64,000 nucleotides of DNA from a virus. This document shows positions 1 to 9,010 of the stretch, in pieces. The position numbers and the translations under genes are program-made. Numbering within the stretch: the first letter of the stretch is position 1; every line of letters starts with the position of its first letter. The DNA lies in IMG/VR virus record IMGVR_UViG_3300035670_000111, positions 24,240 through 88,239 of that record; one strand, written 5' to 3'. The notes below the pieces were generated by a model that was given only the letters and a program-made list of their open reading frames with translations, was not told where the DNA came from and did no database searches.

Positions 1-824
1 TCGATTCCTAGCTTTCTAAAAGAATCTAATAAAAAGTTACTAGCCTTTATGCCGGCTGGATCGTTGTCCATAGCAATTACTAGGGTCTCAGCTCTACGCA
101 TGATCTCAATCTGATCTGCGCTAACTATTGCTCCACAGGTAGCCACGCCGCCAGAGATGCCCAAAGATTTTAATTTAACGGCATCTAAGGGGGATTCAAC
201 AACAATCATCTGCCCTGACTCCCAGATATCTAAACCAAATAAAGTTTTTGATTTTGGGATGCCTGGAGGACGGTTAAAAAATCTTCTAGATATGTGGCCC
301 TTCTCCTGCCATCCCAAAAGTTTTTTATGGTCGACTGAGCGTATAGGCAGGACCCAAGTAGAGTCAGACTCTCTCCACCTAACCCCATACAAGTTGCAGG
401 CTTCAACAGTCAGGTCACGATCTTTAGCCGCCCATTCAGGCACATCCTTAAAGATTGCTAACCGAGCCTCGCTCATAGGAACTAGCTTGGGCAGATGAAT
501 GTAGGTTTTTCTAGCCTCATCTAACTGCTTGGATAACAGCTCCCAATCTACTTCTACATTCGATCTAAGCCATTGTTTGGCCTTTTCTAGATCTCCGTAC
601 TCTAGGAGATCAGAAATTAAAGTTAATAGGTTGCCTTTGTAACCGCAAGAAAAACAATGATGGGCACCAGTCTCTGAGTTTATGGACCACGAAGGGTTGG
701 CGTCTTCTTTGCCTACCCTGTACTTGTGCATAGGACAAGCAGCAAACAATTCACTACGTCGTTCGGTACTGTCTATACCTAAACGAAGTAAGGCTTTTTC
801 TATGTCCCCTTCTTTATAAAACAT
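1..824 (-). CDS. dnaG: DNA primase (CHC2 zinc finger + TOPRIM), truncated at window edge
   Basis: Not in ORF track; manual translation from ATG 824: MFYKEGDIEKALLRLG...ACPMH...PSWSIN...HHCFSCGYKGN...IVVESPLDA...IAMDNDPAG (Zn finger, TOPRIM E and DxD). TAATG overlap with upstream stop. Confidence 0.92.
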   Translation of the reverse strand, partial: MFYKEGDIEKALLRLGIDSTERRSELFAACPMHKYRVGKEDANPSWSINSETGAHHCFSCGYKGNLLTLISDLLEYGDLEKAKQWLRSNVEVDWELLSKQLDEARKTYIHLPKLVPMSEARLAIFKDVPEWAAKDRDLTVEACNLYGVRWRESDSTWVLPIRSVDHKKLLGWQEKGHISRRFFNRPPGIPKSKTLFGLDIWESGQMIVVESPLDAVKLKSLGISGGVATCGAIVSADQIEIMRRAETLVIAMDNDPAGIKASNFLLDSFRKLGI

Positions 825-1036
825 TAGTGCCTATCCAAGGGTGTAGGAGCTGTTGCATAGGTTCCACATACAGAGCATTCCATATCTAAAAAGTATGTTG
901 CAATCTCATAGTCATCAAAGCAAGCTTTGACATTCCAGATGTTTGACTCACATACCGGACACTCGTGAAGGATTTCTTTTTCATAATCCATAGACCCCGT
1001 GTAATCCGGCTTGAGTTCACGAATAGACTTTTTCAT
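824..1036 (-). CDS. Small zinc-ribbon protein (CPVC...CSVC), 70 aa
   Basis: 3' part of track ORF 824..1255; ATG at 1036 after GAAGGAAG; two CxxC pairs. Confidence 0.7.
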   Translation of the reverse strand: MKKSIRELKPDYTGSMDYEKEILHECPVCESNIWNVKACFDDYEIATYFLDMECSVCGTYATAPTPLDRH

Positions 1037-1274
1037 ACTTCCTTCTATGGGATCTAAGTCTCTGACGTTCTCTCGGGGTTGTGGCGCCCCATATTCCGTC
1101 CAGATCCGCATTAGATATCGCGTAGTCGAGGCAGTCAGAGATAAGAGGGCACTGATTACAGATAGCTTTAGCAGCGTTAACTTTAGCCCGAGCAGTGTAA
1201 TCTTCCGGAAAAAATAATTCCGGATCTTCTTTTTTACAGAGCTGACGGCCATCATACGGATAATGAAGATCCAT
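1017..1274 (-). CDS. whiB: WhiB-family Fe-S transcription factor
   Basis: C-x4-PELFF...AKAICNQCP...CLDYA...GIWGATTPRER: four Cys plus G[IV]WGG-like motif; ATG 1274 preceded by GAGGA. Confidence 0.95.
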   Translation of the reverse strand: MDLHYPYDGRQLCKKEDPELFFPEDYTARAKVNAAKAICNQCPLISDCLDYAISNADLDGIWGATTPRERQRLRSHRRKYEKVYS

Positions 1275-2484
1275 ATTCCTCAAACCTTCCCTCTTCCCAA
1301 TCCCAGAGTAGCTCTACTTCCGCAGGGCCACAGTTGCGACTTGCAACAATTTTTAACAATCTAGAAGTGTCATCTGTTTCGTCTTGCCGCTGTAATCCAA
1401 ATATAACGTCTGAGTCTTGGAAGAAAGATGATGAGTAACCAATGGAATCTGCAGTTACCTGTCCTCTACGCATCTTGTGAGTCAGCACCTGAGTAGTAAT
1501 AACTATTGGCTTCTCATGCTGTTGTGCGAGGCGCTTCATAGACCTGCTTATATTTGTAAGAGCTAGAGGAGTAGTCATCTCCCCTGTCATCTCATCTACC
1601 ATCAAGTAAACGCCGTCAACAAAAATAATATCGGGCTGAAGCTTTTCTATCTTTAAAGATAAAGTGCTTATGGTCTGAGCTGACACGGACTCGGTTAGGA
1701 AGAAGTTGTGCATGTTCTCCATCTTCTCCAAGGTCCGCTTGTATCGTATTTCTTCTTCAGGCTTAAGTGCCCCACGCATTAAACGACCACTGGAGATGTG
1801 AGCACGCATCGCATCATGACGACGTTGTTGCTCTATGTTGCTCATCTCAAAAGATTGGAACATAGGAACAAACCCGTCTTCGTGTACGTTTACTGCCATT
1901 TGCATAGCCAGAACTGATTTACCAGTCTTGGGTGGAGCAATAATTGTGATGAGCTGTCCTGGCTGTAAACCAGCAGTAGCAAAGTCCATAACCTGAAAAC
2001 CGGTAGCCATTCCAAGTAAACCGTTAGGCCTGGTCTTTACATTAAGGTACTCATCAAATCTTTTTAAAGGATCTCTTGTAAGGTTTATATCAGTTACTTG
2101 AGATACGCCTTCTTCAGTTAACTTTGCAACACCAGCACCCATAAGAGTGAGAGCTTCGTGATGGTCTCCAGAAGAAATAGCGTCTGCAGCTAACTGAACT
2201 ACTTCTATAGTCTTCTGACGTTTTCTATATTCAATTAACTGATCTAGAAGATATAAAGAACTATCTTGTACATCTAAAAGCCTGTATGTTGGGAAGTTAT
2301 CTTTTACTGTTACCGCGGTAGGTACTTCGCTGTACTTCTTCCAATGATCGTGTATGAATCTCCATACAGCTCGGTTATCGTCTACATAAAACCAATCGTC
2401 GCGGATACCGCGCTCTAGCAATGGCGCGATGTCTCTATCACGTATGGCTTTTGATATAAGCCGTACTTCGTTATCCGCTGCCAC
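1252..2484 (-). CDS. dnaB: Replicative DnaB-like helicase
   Basis: GLQPGQLITIIAPPKTGKS (Walker A), SFEMS, IIFVDG, QDSDVI, SRNCG motifs. Confidence 0.93.
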   Translation of the reverse strand: MAADNEVRLISKAIRDRDIAPLLERGIRDDWFYVDDNRAVWRFIHDHWKKYSEVPTAVTVKDNFPTYRLLDVQDSSLYLLDQLIEYRKRQKTIEVVQLAADAISSGDHHEALTLMGAGVAKLTEEGVSQVTDINLTRDPLKRFDEYLNVKTRPNGLLGMATGFQVMDFATAGLQPGQLITIIAPPKTGKSVLAMQMAVNVHEDGFVPMFQSFEMSNIEQQRRHDAMRAHISSGRLMRGALKPEEEIRYKRTLEKMENMHNFFLTESVSAQTISTLSLKIEKLQPDIIFVDGVYLMVDEMTGEMTTPLALTNISRSMKRLAQQHEKPIVITTQVLTHKMRRGQVTADSIGYSSSFFQDSDVIFGLQRQDETDDTSRLLKIVASRNCGPAEVELLWDWEEGRFEEYGSSLSV

Positions 2485-2891
2485 TAAATGCTCCTACCGA
2501 TATCTATAAATCTGCTGCCGTATCTTAGACCCCTGTCAGGCAAATCCACAACTCCCATTAGCTCTGGCCTATAAGGAAGCTCACGAACCAGGTCTGACAC
2601 AGACTGATAACAAACGTAGTAATTAAAAGGGTTGGTGCCTAAATTGTCAAGATCGTCTTGAATCTCTTTCATTTCTTTTTTTGTATATCCAAAACCAACC
2701 AACTCAAGGACGTAGTTGTACCTATTTGCGTATCTCCAAAATAAAGACAGAGCCTGACGGTTGTAAGTAATCTCTTCTTCAAAAACAGGGATACCAAATA
2801 CTCGCTTAACGTTAGGCTTTTTATCTATTATGCAATCTAAAGTAACCGCAACTCTTAGCGGAACTTCGTTTGAGATATCCCCCCCTTTCAA
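2484..2891 (-). CDS. Hypothetical protein
   Basis: 135-aa ORF coupled to neighbours. Confidence 0.75.
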   Translation of the reverse strand: MKGGDISNEVPLRVAVTLDCIIDKKPNVKRVFGIPVFEEEITYNRQALSLFWRYANRYNYVLELVGFGYTKKEMKEIQDDLDNLGTNPFNYYVCYQSVSDLVRELPYRPELMGVVDLPDRGLRYGSRFIDIGRSI

Positions 2892-2893
2892 GA

Positions 2894-3160
2894 TTAAATA
2901 ACCTCTATCTTTCCGTACTTCATAAGTAAATTTCTAAATTCATCATCAGATTCTTTTGCTTTTTTTATTGCAGAATCTGGAGTTGCCTTGTCTACCTGTA
3001 TTGGGAAAACGCCATTAGCTAAACTCGTCTCGCACCAAGTTACGTGTTTGCACTTTTTACGTTGCTTAAAACCCTCACAAGTGCATGAAAGATTTGCCGC
3101 CGTATCAGTTAAAACTTCTTCTACTCCTGTAAGACCTAAAAAGAACTGAATGGTTTTCAT
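2894..3160 (-). CDS. SWIM-type zinc-finger protein
   Basis: SCTCEGF-x5-CKHV (CxC...CxH). Confidence 0.8.
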   Translation of the reverse strand: MKTIQFFLGLTGVEEVLTDTAANLSCTCEGFKQRKKCKHVTWCETSLANGVFPIQVDKATPDSAIKKAKESDDEFRNLLMKYGKIEVI

Positions 3161-3846
3161 AGTTTTCTTCTATCCCCTTCCTTGGAAGTAATAACATATG
3201 GGAAAAAAGCTTCGTGTGCAAAACTTGCCATAGGACTGCCGTATACGTCTGCCCATTGTTGTAACGGAATGTTTGTTGTGATAATGGTAGGTAGTCCAGC
3301 ATTAAACCTAGAACGCAATAGAGCGTCAAAAGTATTCTCAGACCAACCCGATACATTTCGGTATTCCTTGCCGAGATCATCGAGGATCAGAATCTTTACG
3401 TTTAAGTGATCCGGGTTATCCCCGTAAATGCCGTCTACCAGGGTGGCTTCTAGATCGTCTGAGTCTGGCTCCCATTGACGCTTCTGAAGCCTTAGGAACC
3501 TTGGATAGTCTGTAAAGTACGCTGGACGGGCTGGGGACCTTTCAAGAGACCCTAGGACCTCTCTAGGAATGCCCCGTAGAAGCTCCTGGAGGGCCGTAGA
3601 GGCCAGAGTAGTCTTCCCGTGACCTGGATTACCGATCAGAAGCAGACCCATACCGCAGGTGGGCTCCCCAACGGCTTTTATGACCTTGCCGGAATTGACC
3701 AGATCTATCCACTTCTTGACCCCGTCTACAACATTGCCTTCATAAGGCCGGAGGTCAGAAAGCTCCAACCCAACGGTTTTCATTGGGAGACTAGCCTTGT
3801 TGATGTAGGAGCGAATGCTAGGAGCTATAGTATTTAAACTATACAT
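3157..3846 (-). CDS. DnaC/IstB-like AAA+ helicase loader
   Basis: GLLLIGNPGHGKTTLA, LILDDLGKE, LRSRFNAGLPTIITTN; lies between initiator and DnaB. Confidence 0.88.
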   Translation of the reverse strand: MYSLNTIAPSIRSYINKASLPMKTVGLELSDLRPYEGNVVDGVKKWIDLVNSGKVIKAVGEPTCGMGLLLIGNPGHGKTTLASTALQELLRGIPREVLGSLERSPARPAYFTDYPRFLRLQKRQWEPDSDDLEATLVDGIYGDNPDHLNVKILILDDLGKEYRNVSGWSENTFDALLRSRFNAGLPTIITTNIPLQQWADVYGSPMASFAHEAFFPYVITSKEGDRRKL

Positions 3847-4763
3847 CAGTTGCCACCAAGAAGTTTAAGCATCTTTTCTTGATGAGCCGCAAAGTCATCA
3901 TCTACATACTCCTTCACCTCAGGTTGGATTACCTTACCGTGAACCGTAGGGTAGAACTGAAAGAATCTTCTGTAAAGTGGATGGCCAACTCCAGCGTCGC
4001 TGTAAAGTCTAGGATCGCTAAAGAACATCCGCATAGCTTTTAGTATTGCCACACGTGGAGTTCCTTTGCCAACAAGATCATTAATCCAAGTAGCAAGATA
4101 TTTGCCGTTAACCTGACTAGGTACGCCGGGAGCGTGTTCTTTAACCAAATCATAAAACTCGCCAATGAGGTCTTTGGTATCCCAGAGATCTTCCGGCTTT
4201 TCGTATCGGCGCATCACGGCAGGTGTTGACTCAATCGTAGTCTTCTTGTACTTAGCGTTTCGTTTAGCGATCTTGTCTTCGACTTTGCCCACAGATCCTA
4301 CTTCGTAGTCCGTGTCTAGTTCTCGCTTCTTTTTTGGCTGAGGTTCATCTATTGGCCAGGGCATAATCTCCTCTCTTGGCGCGTCAGCGCCTAGATTAGA
4401 AATACGTAGTATTTCTAATCTATTACTGCTATCTAGCTTACTAGTAGTGCCTGGTTCACCGACGGTCGGGATTCCAGGCATCGGTTGATAATTCCAGTTG
4501 AACAGGTCTAAGTAGTGCTGACCCATAGGTGTAAACCGTAGAGTTGTTACCCAACGGCCTCCTGCAACTTGTTCTTTGAATGCTTTGATGTACCCTGTAC
4601 GCTTCAGCTCTGAGGCTGCAGCTCGTATGGCATCTCTGCCTTCGTTCATGTAATTAGATTCAATAACTTCTTCTGTAGACATGGGTCTGCCCACGGTTGC
4701 GTAAACCATCCATAGGGCACGAGCCATACCAGAAAGATATGGGTTTAGATTAGGTGCTTGCAT
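3846..4763 (-). CDS. Putative replication initiator (N-terminal winged HTH)
   Basis: EGRDAIRAAASELKRTGYI HTH-like segment; directly upstream of loader; internal palindrome. Confidence 0.65.
   Translation of the reverse strand: MQAPNLNPYLSGMARALWMVYATVGRPMSTEEVIESNYMNEGRDAIRAAASELKRTGYIKAFKEQVAGGRWVTTLRFTPMGQHYLDLFNWNYQPMPGIPTVGEPGTTSKLDSSNRLEILRISNLGADAPREEIMPWPIDEPQPKKKRELDTDYEVGSVGKVEDKIAKRNAKYKKTTIESTPAVMRRYEKPEDLWDTKDLIGEFYDLVKEHAPGVPSQVNGKYLATWINDLVGKGTPRVAILKAMRMFFSDPRLYSDAGVGHPLYRRFFQFYPTVHGKVIQPEVKEYVDDDFAAHQEKMLKLLGGN
4392..4422. repeat. Perfect 14-bp inverted repeat inside initiator gene (candidate origin element)
   Basis: TAGATTAGAAATAC-gta-GTATTTCTAATCTA. Confidence 0.85.
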
Positions 4764-4783
4764 TTTCCCTCCTTAAGCAGATC

Positions 4784-5059
4784 TTATAGTCGATCGATCC
4801 TATTCGGCAAGCCACGCATTTGTCTTACCGACACTCCGGTAAAAGCTTGCTCTACTGCTAGGGATAATGTCAAACCGACAAACGTTGTGGCTAGAGCGTA
4901 GACAACCAAGGTATAGTCATGAACTCCTAGAATGAAAGGGAAGATCATTCCACCGAGTAAAGCTACTAAGCCTCGCCACTTTCCAATAGGCAAAATTAAG
5001 CCTTCTATGGCGGTAAGAATTGAAGCAGTGGCTAGAGCAGAAAGTACCAGAGTTGTCAT
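4784..5059 (-). CDS. Small membrane protein (about 3 TM)
   Basis: Three hydrophobic segments; follows a consensus promoter. Confidence 0.75.
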   Translation of the reverse strand: MTTLVLSALATASILTAIEGLILPIGKWRGLVALLGGMIFPFILGVHDYTLVVYALATTFVGLTLSLAVEQAFTGVSVRQMRGLPNRIDRL

Positions 5060-5065
5060 GCTTCG

Positions 5066-5094
5066 ACTTTACTCTCTGAAAACTACCCTGTCAA
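5066..5094 (-). promoter_or_regulatory. Sigma-A-type promoter for replication block (likely leaderless mRNA)
   Basis: TTGACA (5094-5089), 17 nt, TAAAGT (5071-5066), ATG at 5059. Confidence 0.7.
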
Positions 5095-8000
5095 CATGGA
5101 AGGTATGCCCCGGCTCTGGAGTGTCTACGTCAGCTGTTATACGAACCTCAGCATAAGATGCGCCAATTGTCTCTGCGTTAGTCGCAAAGGTCGCTATATA
5201 TGCCCAGCGATCATTTCGGCGTAACTCAATAGTTGAGGTCTTAATTAGAATCAGAACATCAAACTCGTCATAGAAGTTTACTGTTATAGTGTAGTCTCCA
5301 AAAGCGTCCACGTTTTCTGGACGTATAGCTGCTGAAGCATAGTAACCTCTTTGGCTTTTAACAGAAATATCACCTGAGGTTATACCAAAAGTAGAGCTTG
5401 CGGTTGCGTTTACCCTACAAAACGCAGTTCCGTGTGTGGAAGTTTCATCAAATAAGGTACCTCGAGGAATAGATCTTGTTAAGTTCGCTGATATTCCCGC
5501 CCAAGATCCTAAATCGTTTTCAAAAGACGCAGAGGGTATTAACGAATCTTCTAGCTCTGGGAATGAAAGAGTACTCTTACCTGGAACAATTGCCCAGGTA
5601 CTTCCATTAGGCATGACTCTAGATAGAGTTGTGTATAGACGGGCGTATTTATCTGCGTATGTTGTCCAGTAAAGACTTTTTCCACCATTTCTACTCTCGT
5701 ACTTCATAGCGTACATGTTTACAGAAGGGTTAAGTAGATTAGGTCTTGTAATGGTTTCTGGAGATGCTGGATCTGTAAACTTGCTAGGTATTCTTCCAAA
5801 CTCAGCCTGTACTCCATCAAAATAAAACACAGCTGCTGCTCCATTACCTGTAGATAAAGATATGGATAGAGTAAACGACGTCTCTCCCGCAGGCAAAATT
5901 CTTTTAGTGTGTATTCTTGTCCATTCGTCTTTATTAGCTTCAGTTACTATGAAATTTCCTGCGGCCTGTCCTGTAGTGCTGATGGAGTAGGTTCCCGCCT
6001 TATTTCTTACATAGGCTGAAACTACTACATCTTCTCCACCTATTGCCGCATATGGCAAATATACGGTAGTAGACACTTCTCCACCGCCAGCTTTACTTAT
6101 CTTGCCCTGTTTATTTCCAAATAAAGCTGGAACTTCAGAAACAGAAGTAAGCGTAGATCCAGAACCTGCTGTCCAACCAGTTGTTGTTTCTAAAGAGGGA
6201 GTAGGTACGTAATTTAAAACACTCTTAGTTTCCCAACGGCAGTCTTCTATGTCAAAAAAAGTCTCTGTTATAGGAGATATAGGTGTAGGAGCACCGTCTC
6301 CGCAGAAAAATGCATCTAGTTCTGAGTTTTGTTGAAATAACGCAGAATCAAAATAAAAGGTGTCGTTTATGTCTGCAGTGTCTATATACACGGACACTTT
6401 TGCAATAGGTTTACCAGAATCTTGAGAGAACACTGGAGATATAGAGCTTACAGATATTCTTTGAGCAATTGAGTCTATTTCTGCAGGCGCAGAGTCTACG
6501 ATATATGGTGTTTGAGCGTAGTATTGCCCGTCTTCATCTGAAAGGATTGTAGTCTGTTCATCAATGCTTTGTGGCACAGAGTACTCAATTCTTGCAATAG
6601 CATTATGGGCAGACCCACTAACGTAAATACTAAATGTATAGCTTTTGCCTGGATCTACGGGGATCCAATCGGATACTAAAGCTACTCTGTCTTGATCAGT
6701 TGTAGCAGTAAGTTTAACTACGCAGTCTCCGTATACTACGGAAGTAGCTGGGGCATTAAAGTCTTGACTTATGGTTGAGTTAAGAGAATACCAACCACCC
6801 AATCCTCCTTCAAAAGTAGGGTTAGGTATTAGGTTTTCAGATTCTCCAGAAACAACTACCTGAACGAGTCTTGCGTCTTGATACTCTAAGCTGTATTGAG
6901 CCTCTGCAAATTGAAGCATATCTAGATAGAACTCTACTTGATTGTCTATAGGAGTTAGCAATATATTTAAAGTTGCGTAAGCAGCATCTTCTGGAGCTAT
7001 TTTTCCATTACGCCCAGCAACAGACCCCGAATTAAATTCTTGCCACGTAGTGCTAACCTGTAACGCAGAGCTGTATGTTTCAGAGGATATTAGCGTTCCA
7101 GACCCATCATGCCAGTTAATTCTTGCCTGTACTGAACCTACTTTGTTAGATACCGCACATCTTGTCCAACCAGTGAATAAATATCTTTTTCCTGGAGTTA
7201 CAGGTATCCCATAAAGCACAGGATTGCTTTCACCTAAACTGAGGGTTTCTGGAGAGTTGTGACCATGAGCTCTAGCAAATGCGTTTCCTCTAGGAGGAAA
7301 TAAAAGATCGTACAGGCCTGGAGATGGGGCCGTTACCGCTACTCCTAGTTCTGATAAAGAGTTTGCAAAAGTGTGTCTATCAAAATCTCCAACGTCAGCT
7401 GTCCACCTACCAGTAGATTCTTCAAAAGAAGAATCGTTATAATCCAGCATCAAGTTGTGCCCAGTTACTACTTCGTTAGTCCAGTGAGTCAAAGCAGTTG
7501 TATAAGATTTTACTCCCGAAGGGGTTCCCTTTAAGCTATTAATAATGTTTCCAGAGCCGTATAAAGCTCTGTGATATAGATCGCCAAGAGCAGGCTCATA
7601 GCTAAAACCAAGGTCTGTTATTTTATTTTTTAATATAGCAGATGGAAGATACTGATAGTTTGAGCTTTTATACAGAAGTTCAGCCTCTGTTCTAAACTTA
7701 TCGTATTCAAATGCATAAGCTGATAGTGTGTTATACAGGTCGGAATCTTCTGGCTCACCGGTAGCATCTCCTGGTTCGTTAAGCCAAGATCTAGGAATCC
7801 ACTTGCTTATCTTATTTAAAGTATCAGTTTGACTTATTAAGACAGCTCTAGCGCTTCCGCAATTAATCCAACGAATTCCGTTAAAGATCCAAAAAGAATA
7901 GGTTACTTCTGACCCCTCACTTATGGTGTCAAAATCAATCTTAGACAGACGATAGTTAGTAATAAGATCGCCGTCTACCAAAACACCGTCGTATGGGTTG

Positions 8001-8437
8001 TTAGGGGCACCTGCGTAGCTCTTAATCAATTTCCAATGAGTGGGGCGACCAACTGTTGCAGAGCCTACCGGATCTATTGTGGTCAGCGGGATATCTGCGT
8101 TTGACTTAGTATATGTAAAAGTAGTGGGTGAGAGGATAGAGCTAATTGTATAGTTTCCGTTTGTAGCCTCTAAAGTTCCGCTTATGTTTACTGGAAGGTT
8201 CTCAATAAAATTGTGAGCAGACGCAGTGGTTACGGTAACAACGTTATCTTCTAACACAATAGAAACAACCTGGGCAATAATGTAGTCAGCAGGGTCGCTG
8301 GTTACAGAACCCCAAACTATAGAAACTGTTTGATAGTCATAGGACCAGGCTCTTAAATTTACGTTGTTATAGACACGGGTGTTTTCTATTTCACCGTATT
8401 TGGGTAAGCCGTATGGAGCAAACGAATACTTAGCCAT
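5069..8437 (-). CDS. Baseplate wedge/tail protein (P2 gpI-like) with repeated carbohydrate-binding-like domains
   Basis: KGTPSGVKSY motif after LG-x-Y segment; repeated NL-x-PNP-x-FE...W jelly-roll modules; follows baseplate J. Confidence 0.75.
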   Translation of the reverse strand: MAKYSFAPYGLPKYGEIENTRVYNNVNLRAWSYDYQTVSIVWGSVTSDPADYIIAQVVSIVLEDNVVTVTTASAHNFIENLPVNISGTLEATNGNYTISSILSPTTFTYTKSNADIPLTTIDPVGSATVGRPTHWKLIKSYAGAPNNPYDGVLVDGDLITNYRLSKIDFDTISEGSEVTYSFWIFNGIRWINCGSARAVLISQTDTLNKISKWIPRSWLNEPGDATGEPEDSDLYNTLSAYAFEYDKFRTEAELLYKSSNYQYLPSAILKNKITDLGFSYEPALGDLYHRALYGSGNIINSLKGTPSGVKSYTTALTHWTNEVVTGHNLMLDYNDSSFEESTGRWTADVGDFDRHTFANSLSELGVAVTAPSPGLYDLLFPPRGNAFARAHGHNSPETLSLGESNPVLYGIPVTPGKRYLFTGWTRCAVSNKVGSVQARINWHDGSGTLISSETYSSALQVSTTWQEFNSGSVAGRNGKIAPEDAAYATLNILLTPIDNQVEFYLDMLQFAEAQYSLEYQDARLVQVVVSGESENLIPNPTFEGGLGGWYSLNSTISQDFNAPATSVVYGDCVVKLTATTDQDRVALVSDWIPVDPGKSYTFSIYVSGSAHNAIARIEYSVPQSIDEQTTILSDEDGQYYAQTPYIVDSAPAEIDSIAQRISVSSISPVFSQDSGKPIAKVSVYIDTADINDTFYFDSALFQQNSELDAFFCGDGAPTPISPITETFFDIEDCRWETKSVLNYVPTPSLETTTGWTAGSGSTLTSVSEVPALFGNKQGKISKAGGGEVSTTVYLPYAAIGGEDVVVSAYVRNKAGTYSISTTGQAAGNFIVTEANKDEWTRIHTKRILPAGETSFTLSISLSTGNGAAAVFYFDGVQAEFGRIPSKFTDPASPETITRPNLLNPSVNMYAMKYESRNGGKSLYWTTYADKYARLYTTLSRVMPNGSTWAIVPGKSTLSFPELEDSLIPSASFENDLGSWAGISANLTRSIPRGTLFDETSTHGTAFCRVNATASSTFGITSGDISVKSQRGYYASAAIRPENVDAFGDYTITVNFYDEFDVLILIKTSTIELRRNDRWAYIATFATNAETIGASYAEVRITADVDTPEPGHTFHVDRVVFRE

Positions 8438-8977
8438 TTACATCCCTGCAAGTAAAAACGGATCAAACCTTACCGCTTCAGCCTGAGCTAGTGCGGTGTT
8501 CGCTGTGTTATTTAGTGTGTTGTATTCAGTACTGCCTACGTATAATACATTTGCCGCGTTCACTTTTGGTATGCCTGCGCTGTTTATATTAAAACCCAAA
8601 GTGTTATCAGAAGCCCTGGCTTCAAAAATATTAGAAGTTCCAGAAATAGTTTTAATGACTAAGCCGACAGTTCCAGCTGTAGGTTGGATAGCGTCGCCGG
8701 CTTTTTTAACGTATGGGCTATTGATACCAGTTCCGCTAACTAATCCAGCTTCAATATTATTGATGCGCTGATCTAAGCTTGTCCACTCAGTAGTGGTAGA
8801 GAACGTGCCGGTATAGGTAGAGGTTAGCGGGTTTCCTCCTAGAGCTGTAGCTCCAAGAACTATTTCTAGAGCACGTACTTCGTCCTGGATGGCGTTTACG
8901 TGGTCGGCAAGTACGGTATCTACAAGGTCAACCTTGTTCGTAAATGTACGAATACTTGAGGGATATGATGCTGGCAT
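8438..8977 (-). CDS. Tail-fibre proximal/attachment protein
   Basis: ADHVNAIQDEVRALE motif typical of phage fibre N-termini; ends FDPFLLAGM. Confidence 0.6.
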   Translation of the reverse strand: MPASYPSSIRTFTNKVDLVDTVLADHVNAIQDEVRALEIVLGATALGGNPLTSTYTGTFSTTTEWTSLDQRINNIEAGLVSGTGINSPYVKKAGDAIQPTAGTVGLVIKTISGTSNIFEARASDNTLGFNINSAGIPKVNAANVLYVGSTEYNTLNNTANTALAQAEAVRFDPFLLAGM

Positions 8978-9010
8978 TTTAGATACCTCTTCCTAGTTTT
9001 TGGTATTTTC

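Noticed and set aside
1037-1255. 5' extension of track ORF 824..1255
   Set aside because: Overlaps whiB in another frame; ATG 1036 has an RBS.
3480-3837. Local GC rise and plus-strand ORF 3619..3837 within the helicase loader
   Set aside because: Short, no clear RBS or motif; insufficient evidence for dual coding.
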